Positions 60,601 through 64,000 of a stretch of DNA of 64,000 nt are shown here, in pieces (position 1 is the first letter of the stretch; every line of letters starts with the position of its first letter). Source of the DNA: Camelus ferus (Eukaryota); the NCBI RefSeq assembly GCF_009834535.1, contig NC_045697.1:73410001-73474000 (forward strand), read 5' to 3'. Below the pieces are notes generated by a model. That model was not told the DNA's origin, made no database searches, and saw only the letters and a program-made list of their open reading frames with translations. A program made the position numbers and the translations under genes.

Positions 60601-62924
60601 GATATAAGATAAAAGAAAAAAAGAAGAAGAAGAAAGGAAGGGAGGAAAGGATGGAGAGGGAGAAAGACAGGGACAGAACAAGAAGGAAGGAAGCAAGAAA
60701 TGAAGGAGGAAAGAAAGAAAAGGTTTTTTTTTATTTTCTTTATTTTATTTTCTTTCTTCCCTGAAAAGAATGTTCAAAGAACAAGACAGTTACTATAGCA
60801 TCATCAAAATTCATTTCCATCTAAATCTACATTTTGCTTCAAGTCCCATGTCAGTGTGTTCTCCTCCTCTCATCAGAGTAATAGGGTGTTTGTTTTAAAA
60901 TGCCAATTCATCATAAAACCTATTTGAGAGGCAAAATGGAGCAAATGGGGTAAGGGAGATGGTCTGAAATTTCCATTCTCCTCCTCCTGGTTCTCCTTCT
61001 TTTTCCTGTTCATTTTATTAAAAGGTTCTCATCTGTTAAAATAAAAAAAAAAAAAAAAAGGCTGGGGGTTGGGAGCCTTTCGGTAAGAGACACATATAGA
61101 ACATGTGTCTCATCTGCTTTTTAAAACTGAGAATAGGAAACTTTCAGCATCATTCATTTAAAATGCTTGCTTGTGCTTCATATTTATGGGTAGGGATTAG
61201 AGAGGAGAAGCCCAGATCTGGTTATTAATGGGAGAAAACAAATTAAAAATAGAACAGTAGAAAATGAGAGAAGACAGTACAAAGGAAAGAAGAAATAGAA
61301 GAAGCAGCCTTAGAGCAATGTTTGCTCAGAGCTCTTAATCCTAATCTCTGAATGCTCCCTCTGAGCACGAACAGGAGGAAGAGCCAAATGATTCTCAAGT
61401 ATGCCCTGATACTGAGGTGTGGGACTGGAGTGATACCCTTCTAGAATTTGATGAAATCGAGTTGAAATTAAGATACGGTTATCAAATCAGCAATTCACAT
61501 CTCTGGCTAAAGCAACAAGAGGTCAGACGCTAATCAGTAACATAAAGTAACAGGCGGCACTGTTCTTACCTTAAGTAGGCAAGTGTTAGAGAAGACTTTT
61601 CTCACCGGCTTTCTAATATTTTTAATAACCATCTTCAAAACTGATTCAAAGAATTCAAAGACAAAGCAGTAGCAAAAACAATTGGGGAAAAAGGGGAGGA
61701 GCTGAGCAATTTTAATTGTCCACATGGGTCATAAAAATGAATTTTTCTAATGGACAACTATCCAGTGCATTGGCCACAAAATACACAGAAATCCCTAGTG
61801 ATGCTGTGTTAATATACATTCATTTCTCCTACATAGGTGGACTCAGTTCTGTTCACATAGTTACTTCTCTGGTGTGTGCCTGGCAAACAGAAGTCTTCCA
61901 ACAAATGTTAGTAAATGAATAAGCACGAGATTGAATGAGTGATCTGCTTATTTATCATTAGGGCCAGGGCTCTTGCTGAGTCCCCAGCCTGCACTCACAG
62001 TTGATTCCTCTGAAAGGGGTGCAACTTAATGAAGACAGCCTCGCAGAGGAGGAGAGACAGCTCCTGCCTGCTACCTGACGAGCTGAGTCACTTGTCTAAA
62101 CCAATCCCACAGTGACAAGTGCCCAGTGGACGGGGAAGACAGACGTACAGATGGCTGCCTGGCTGCATCACGGGACTGGATTGCCACCGCAGCCCATTGT
62201 TACATTTATTGCTGACAATGTAACAAATTGGCTGACTCCTTGTTTTTAAATTGGTCACCCTCGATGGACAGCGGCGCTGCGGGGTGTGCTAACTGTGCCT
62301 CGAATGCAGGGATGCTCCACGGTCCCAGCTCTGCAGTGGGGGCTGTGTGATGTTCTGTGTAGAAACCCACGCCTCACTCTGTCCCAGGGCCATGAACAGG
62401 CGTCCTCACGCCCAGGAAACAGCATTATTTTCCTGAGGGATCCTCTTTCTGAAGTATGACACAAAGGAAATGAAACAAAACACTTCTTAGCTTCCTTTGT
62501 CAGTGAGAATTTCCTAAATATAGATTGAAATATCCCCTTTAATAATCACTGTAGAAAAAGACTACAATAACTCCATGAGATGTTACCCAAATTATCAAAT
62601 TAAAAGAGAAGCTAGAGGTCATATGGGAACATCGAAAAGCTCTTTTAACTCATCTGAGTCCAGCGATCATGTATATATTTTTTATTTTTATATCATGGAA
62701 AATGATCTTTCTTTTGTTTACAGTACGATGAGGATTAGCTAAATAATATTTGCAGAATATTCTCATCAAAGAATTATAAATGTATTTTACAGTATGAGAG
62801 CCTCTTCTATGAAGCATAGGCCCACCAGGTAGTAACACAAGACTGGGTTCATGGTACAGGCAACAGTCTTCCTACTGGCCCCGTGCCCTTTTTCTTCACC
62901 TGTATAACACATCATTGCATTCCA

Positions 62925-63035
62925 CTGACTGTGCTTCCACCTTGCTGAGTAACTTCAGGAAAGTCACATGACAGCTCTGTGCCTGAGGATTTAATCTATA
63001 AAATGAGGACCAAACTCAGTGAATCTCTAACATTT
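62925..63035 (+). mobile_element. MIR/MIR3 fragment
   Basis: CTCTGTGCCTGAGGATTTAATCTATAAAATGAGGA. Confidence 0.6.
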
Positions 63036-63402
63036 TGTGACTTTACCCACATACTGAGGCAAATAAAATTGTTAACATATTCCTCGAATTAGTAAAAGTA
63101 TGTAAATATACAATGTAAGGGCATGCATTAACTAAGAATGCAAGGAATCCTTGACTTTTTATTATCAGTGTCCATGATTTGACAGCTTGCTTATGAAGAA
63201 GTCCCTTATGTTTTCCTTTTCCTGGTTTGCTAATTTTCTATTCTGTATTCCAAGGCAGACCAATAGATTGCAATGAAATCAGGTTAAACATCGATCTTCC
63301 GCCCTGACATTGCATTAACTTTTCTAATAAACATCTTCACTGTGTCAACCAGCACTGTGTTTACATCTTGAGCCCAGCAGCCAATTGTCTTGCTTCTTTC
63401 AG

Positions 63403-63547
63403 ACGCTTTTGAATTCCAGAAGGAATCTTATCTGGAAGACGAGAATCGTGCATCTGCCATGCCTTTCAATTTTGTATTTCAAATTAACTGCTCCTTTTCC
63501 TCCACATTCTTAAGGCCTTCTAAGAAATTTCCTTCCCAATTCACTTG
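63403..63547 (+). other. Candidate spliced exon (145 nt)
   Basis: Acceptor TTGTCTTGCTTCTTTCAG| and perfect donor TTG|GTAAGT in repeat-free sequence. One frame is open, but I do not recognise the peptide. Confidence 0.3.
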
Positions 63548-64000
63548 GTAAGTGCCTGCTCCGGCTGCTACTCTTTAATGAATTCATGTCTTTTCTCCTA
63601 TGTTTCTCGGGCCGCCCTTATTATCTGGAGTCAGGATTCTGAGCTCTGACCTCCCTCCTTGTCCTGCTGCCTGAGTAGAATTAAAGGCAGACCCTCAGAC
63701 CTCAAATCTTCTAGATTTTGAAGATCCAGCTTTGGCTAGGATGAGGCCAGGATCAGGGATGGAAACAAGCACTGATTTTTTTTTTTTTTTTACAGCCTTC
63801 TAAAATTTAACTATTTCTGTTCAGATTCAGGGGCTGAGAAAAAGTATGAACCAGCAGATGTGCTTAAAGATCCCCAATCAAATACTCTACTTTTTAATGT
63901 TCTGAAGAATACATGCTTAGGGAATACTATTCACAGCAAATGGAGCCAGTGCTGCTTGCTTCACTAGAACCACAGGCAGAAGATGACTACCAGAGAGGCT

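Noticed and set aside
61087..61111. 9-bp inverted repeat GAGACACAT/ATGTGTCTC
   Set aside because: A single short stem of this size is expected by chance in 64 kb, and nothing else supports it.

Overview
Mammalian non-coding DNA. It is very probably camelid, because it carries three copies of a tRNA-derived Vic-1-type SINE. I could not support any host protein-coding gene. The ORFs in the track are either chance ORFs or fossils of transposon proteins. The window is a mosaic of L1, L2, MIR, MaLR (MLT1), ERVL, MER21, MER5A and microsatellites, with several very ancient CR1/L3-type LINE fossils. One of these (about 34.6-37.7 kb) still shows endonuclease-to-reverse-transcriptase motifs in the right order. 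An ERVL provirus remnant (gag C-terminus, RNase H, integrase, dUTPase, PPT, LTR) lies at 46.3-49.1 kb. The repeat-free parts include a candidate minus-strand GC-box/TATA/Inr promoter near 5.75 kb, an orphan CpG-rich element with a (GCG)9 tract near 34.2 kb, another CpG-rich island near 55.6 kb, several enhancer-like motif clusters and a few candidate exons. Repeat families were recognised by eye from remembered consensus sequences, so boundaries and subfamily names are approximate. I found no convincing new multi-gene biological system. The best leads are regulatory elements and possibly exapted ancient repeats.
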